From positions 32,001 through 96,000 of the forward strand of contig JBNKUM010000008.1 in NCBI GenBank assembly GCA_050298595.1: a stretch of 64,000 bases of DNA, written 5' to 3'. The notes under the pieces were generated by a model. That model did no database searches, was not told the DNA's origin, and saw nothing but the letters and a program-made list of their open reading frames with translations. A program made the position numbers and the translations under genes. Source of the stretch: Gammaproteobacteria bacterium (GTDB lineage: Bacteria > Pseudomonadota > Gammaproteobacteria > GCA-001735895). Shown here piece by piece: positions 60,124 through 64,000 of this stretch; position 1 is the stretch's first letter; the number at the start of each line of letters is the position of its first letter.

Positions 60124-61497
60124 TTAATTTCTGCCCAAATTTGCTTCCAGCGTATCCAGTAACTCGTCTTCAACACTGCTAGCAAACAGATGAGCAGATT
60201 TTTCTGAAGCCATTGCTTCGCTTAGGCCACCCGCTTTAGTGGCTTCTTTTTCAATCTTAAGCGTTTTTAACACTCTGTTACTTTTTCCACTGATAATATT
60301 AATAACCCCATCAATACGGGTAAAATACAGTCCATTAATACCAGGAGACGGCACAACATTAGCTTTAACCTGAAGTATATAATCGACCTGAGTAGCACTG
60401 TTATTCCCACCTGTAATCACATTATAATTCTGCTCGCTTAATATATTCGCTAATCCGTTATCTACAATATCTCCAATTTGACCATAACCCCCATCTATAG
60501 AGGTTGATAGCTGGATAGTGACATTTGATTTTTGTGTTTGTATTACGATTAAATCCGTAGATGGCGATCGTCCTGCGAAAAGGTCTTCATACAAATCCAA
60601 CTGGACTTTTATTCTATTAAACTCTCGGCCCGAATAAGGAAATGACCTGACCTTAACATTAAGTCCACCCTCCTTATCTGTAGTATCACCTGCTTCGATA
60701 CTAAAGCCTTCTGCATCAGGAATAATCTGTACAGGTACCTGCTTTAAAGGTTTCCCCTGGTAGCTGAATGCAAGTTGATAGGGCTCTTCAACACCCAGCT
60801 CAGGTGATCCGGATTTCTCCGCATTAAACGCAAGTACCTGAACCCTACCGAGAATGGTCTTAAGTGAATAATCTATCTCCTTGACCAAATCTAATACATT
60901 CGATCTGGATAGAGAAGCCGTACTGGGATCAGCAAAAAGCTTATGCAATTCAAGGTCAGCCGTAACCTTCTCAAATAGATGAGTAAGCTGAGTTAGATGT
61001 TTTATCCCTTCTGACACCTGGCCTTTATTAACCAAATCCAGAGCTTCTTTATGTTGCGCACGTATCTGAGCCAAATCTTCTTCGATACCAAATAGAAGAT
61101 TGGTAGCTGTTTTAAGTTTGTTTAAAACGGCAAAGGCATAATGTGTATTGCTCGCAGACTGAAAATACTGATCAACAATTTTCACCCCTTTTATATCCTC
61201 AAGATTTACTGAAGTAGATATACGAATATTTACATTTTCCTGCTGACTACTGCTTTCCTGAGTAGAACGATATTCCTTAAAGATATCGCTCTCACTGGAT
61301 ATATTGACCTTAATCTGTTCTGCCAGTCTTGCATAGGCACTTTTCCTGGCATCCTCTAATGATTCACCATCACCTAGTGCAGTTAAATACTTGCTGTTAC
61401 GGTATTCATCGATAACACCTGTTGAAATCCAGGCAGGGTCAGCAGCCTGTATAACGCAGGGTAATAACCACAGTAAGCATACGAAAAGTTTATTCAT
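60124..61497 (-). CDS. Secreted LPP20-like domain protein with Ig-like and alpha/beta C-terminal domains
   Basis: Signal peptide; PAWI, YLTALG, ARKSAYARLAEQIKVNI, HYAFAVL. Confidence 0.65.
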   Translation of the reverse strand: MNKLFVCLLWLLPCVIQAADPAWISTGVIDEYRNSKYLTALGDGESLEDARKSAYARLAEQIKVNISSESDIFKEYRSTQESSSQQENVNIRISTSVNLEDIKGVKIVDQYFQSASNTHYAFAVLNKLKTATNLLFGIEEDLAQIRAQHKEALDLVNKGQVSEGIKHLTQLTHLFEKVTADLELHKLFADPSTASLSRSNVLDLVKEIDYSLKTILGRVQVLAFNAEKSGSPELGVEEPYQLAFSYQGKPLKQVPVQIIPDAEGFSIEAGDTTDKEGGLNVKVRSFPYSGREFNRIKVQLDLYEDLFAGRSPSTDLIVIQTQKSNVTIQLSTSIDGGYGQIGDIVDNGLANILSEQNYNVITGGNNSATQVDYILQVKANVVPSPGINGLYFTRIDGVINIISGKSNRVLKTLKIEKEATKAGGLSEAMASEKSAHLFASSVEDELLDTLEANLGRN

Positions 61498-61507
61498 CGC
61501 TACTTCA

Positions 61508-62236
61508 TCACTCTAAAGTATTCTGGTTTAAAAATGCTTCAAATTCTTCAAATTGCTTGTTTGAATTTTTATCAAAAGGAAGTTTGACTACTTTCTTTCC
61601 ATCGAATTTAAGCGTAAATCCCTTATCAAGCTGTATCGATTTTTTATACTCCACGAATTCTTCTTCAAGCTCAGCTTTATAAGCATCATATTCAGATTGC
61701 ATCTGGCGTTTAAACTGTTCAAACTCATCCAACTCTCGAAGCTGGTACAACTTAAAATATTCGTCATCGTTGGATTCAAAAATTAATGCGCCCTCCTGTA
61801 GTGATACAGTATCCTGCTTCTGTTCATCGCCTGCAGAATCAACCACAAAAGTTGTCCCTCTTATACCAATAGTTGCAGTAGAGGTCTGCACACGAACTCG
61901 TTCTACGCGAGAGCGTTCACTAATAAAATAATAAATTTTTCCTAACAGTTGCTGAAAAAACCCGGGCTTAACCAGCTTTATAGAAGAATTCTGATCAGCA
62001 ACCAGAACATCACCCTGGCTAGTTTTAATTGCTATTTTCTGATTTTCACCCGTTCGAATTTCACTATTTTCAGTGATCTCAAAACCACCAGGAAAATCAG
62101 GCATATTCTGAGAACGGACTACAACTCCCAATGTTTCGGCATTTGGTTGTACAAAAGGTATTGATGCCAGAACACCCACTATAACCACTCGCAAGAGTAA
62201 GTAGGAAAAATCAATTTTAAGAGAATTTATATTCAT
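61508..62236 (-). CDS. FecR-like beta-domain protein
   Basis: IRTG, NSSIKL, GKIYY, VQTSTATIGIRGTTFVV, VSLQEG. Confidence 0.8.
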   Translation of the reverse strand: MNINSLKIDFSYLLLRVVIVGVLASIPFVQPNAETLGVVVRSQNMPDFPGGFEITENSEIRTGENQKIAIKTSQGDVLVADQNSSIKLVKPGFFQQLLGKIYYFISERSRVERVRVQTSTATIGIRGTTFVVDSAGDEQKQDTVSLQEGALIFESNDDEYFKLYQLRELDEFEQFKRQMQSEYDAYKAELEEEFVEYKKSIQLDKGFTLKFDGKKVVKLPFDKNSNKQFEEFEAFLNQNTLE

Positions 62237-62237
62237 A

Positions 62238-63734
62238 TTATTGAATTATTACCTTCGGCTGTGTATTTCTATATTGAGGCATTTTCATACCAGCACTCGC
62301 ATTGATATAGGTAGGGTCGGCAACGGTAAATTTTTGATTCTTATAATTCACCACATCGCCTAGTGGCTGTTTCAAATTAACTGCGGCTGCTACATGTCCC
62401 GGAAATTCCAGGCCGATGACTTCCAGACCCAAGAGATGACGAACTAACCAGGAGAAGATGATCGCTCGGTCTTCACAGTCTGAAGAAGGATAATAAAGCG
62501 TCTCTTCTATAAACATATAATTCTCTTCACCAAACTGCTGATTATCTGTTTGATATCGAAACGCATGTTGTACAAAAGCTAGCAAAAAATTCACCGCATC
62601 TATTTCTGTCATGCCATCTACTGCAGGTGTTAACTGAGTCAACAAGGCATTAGCAGTCTGATCATCAAGCTGCGTTTGAAAGTATTCTCCTAAATCCATC
62701 TGCGGATAGGATGCAAAAAAATTAATGGTGTTTTTGTTCACCGGAATACTGAACTGATATTTCCTGCCCTGAAAGGTAAAAGATAATTTCCTGTTCTGAG
62801 CATCATTTTTTGATTTTAGACTTTTAGGGATGGAAAAGTCGGGATTAGACAACGCTTTGGGATATTTGCCATTATAAGAAAATAATTCTGCAGGTAGCTT
62901 TTTGGTTTGAGGAATGCTATAAAACTTTTCACCATCGAATTTAAAATAGGCAATATCGTATAGATTCTGACGAGCAGCCACTAGCAGGTAAATATTTTTT
63001 GAATCGTAAGCAAGCCTGGCTTTTAAACCGGATTTTAATAACAGGAACCAGCTTACTAATCTCTGATTATTGCGATTTATCGAAAGTTTTTCAGTGAACT
63101 TGAGTACCAATTGCAGATAGGCCCAGTCATTCATATCCAGCTGACGCTTATAGCTAAGCAAATTGTCAAGCGTCTTCAGATACTCCGATTTAGCCAGTTC
63201 AGAAAAATTGTGCTGAATCGAGTTTTGAGAAACACGATTATCAAAAGCTGTATAGGTTTCGTATAGTCCATCAACTATAGAAAGTTGATGCCCCAGATAA
63301 TCGACTTTAACGATGCGTTCATCAAAATCAACTGGCGGAGGAGTGGGTATAAATACAGGCTGAGGCTTGATAATAATAACTGGAGGTACTTTTATGACGG
63401 GCTTTGATGGAGCTTCATCAGGTTGTACTACAGGTCGGGTTACAGGCTTAACCTTTGCAACAGGAATCTTGCCTGGTTTAGGTGCCACATCCCTTACGAT
63501 ACCTTCCTCTGTATCAAACGGTTCCCATTTTTGATTAAGAAACTCGGAAAATTCTCGGTCGATTTGATCCTTATAATCCTTGAATTCGCCCATGTACTGT
63601 TTTTTCCACTGTTCAAACTCTTCAAGCTCCGCTTGAGACTGAGCAAGTATTGTGAGCGGAAACAATATAGCAAGTACAGCAATTAGCCCCAGGCTAACAT
63701 TGACTGTAACTACTGAAAGTTGAATTTTTCTCAT
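62238..63734 (-). CDS. Secreted protein with C-terminal transglutaminase-like (Cys-His-Asp) domain
   Basis: Signal peptide, helical repeat, Pro-rich linker, LAFVQ, SDCEDRA, PGHVAAAV, ADPTY. Confidence 0.72.
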   Translation of the reverse strand: MRKIQLSVVTVNVSLGLIAVLAILFPLTILAQSQAELEEFEQWKKQYMGEFKDYKDQIDREFSEFLNQKWEPFDTEEGIVRDVAPKPGKIPVAKVKPVTRPVVQPDEAPSKPVIKVPPVIIIKPQPVFIPTPPPVDFDERIVKVDYLGHQLSIVDGLYETYTAFDNRVSQNSIQHNFSELAKSEYLKTLDNLLSYKRQLDMNDWAYLQLVLKFTEKLSINRNNQRLVSWFLLLKSGLKARLAYDSKNIYLLVAARQNLYDIAYFKFDGEKFYSIPQTKKLPAELFSYNGKYPKALSNPDFSIPKSLKSKNDAQNRKLSFTFQGRKYQFSIPVNKNTINFFASYPQMDLGEYFQTQLDDQTANALLTQLTPAVDGMTEIDAVNFLLAFVQHAFRYQTDNQQFGEENYMFIEETLYYPSSDCEDRAIIFSWLVRHLLGLEVIGLEFPGHVAAAVNLKQPLGDVVNYKNQKFTVADPTYINASAGMKMPQYRNTQPKVIIQ

Positions 63735-64000
63735 GATATTGAGGGAAAACTTTTACTACCTGTTCCCTGTAGACCTATTACCCTAAATAATTATAATTTT
63801 AAAATTGTGACACAGAATGTCTAACAGGGTGATGAAAAGCAATGCGAAATTCATCTTGAGTTAAAGATTATTCCATCAATCTGCTGGATAATAGATTGTA
63901 TTTGTCTGTACTTTTTGTCAATATCAGTTAAATTTTTTTTATTGATCTACAGCACAAATATGGAAATAAATGCATTCTAATATGGAGTAATTATTTATTT

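Overview
Chromosomal window from a flagellated gammaproteobacterium; the gene content suggests a marine, microaerophilic, possibly sulfur-metabolising organism (inference). From left to right: (1) a decayed mobile patch at about 1.0-5.6 kb with integron-like attC remnants, an AT-rich two-gene cassette (peptidase U32-family protein plus membrane protein) and MITEs; (2) slt, a GC-rich glgB, DUF2058/csaA/ctaA; (3) flagellar block flgFEDCB-cheV / flgA-flgM-flgN with recognisable sigma54 and sigma28 promoters; (4) a PAS-GGDEF-EAL gene and a CheC-like gene; (5) a respiratory island: Crp/Fnr regulator divergent from SLAC1 channel, DUF6858-like protein, NifX-like protein, cydABX, an octaheme OTR-type cytochrome (split by one in-frame TAG), cytochrome b, cydDC and a SoxW-like thioredoxin; (6) fliEFGHIJ, HD hydrolase, fliK; (7) dapC-dapD-arsC-like-dapE, membrane GGDEF-EAL, gluQ; (8) complete ccmABCDEFGHI; (9) yheT-like hydrolase and an uncharacterised five-gene envelope operon (transglutaminase-like, FecR-like, LPP20-like, GNA1162/DUF799-like, CsgG/HfaB-like). 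No rRNA, tRNA or CRISPR array was seen. All family calls come from motif recognition by eye; no database search was run.
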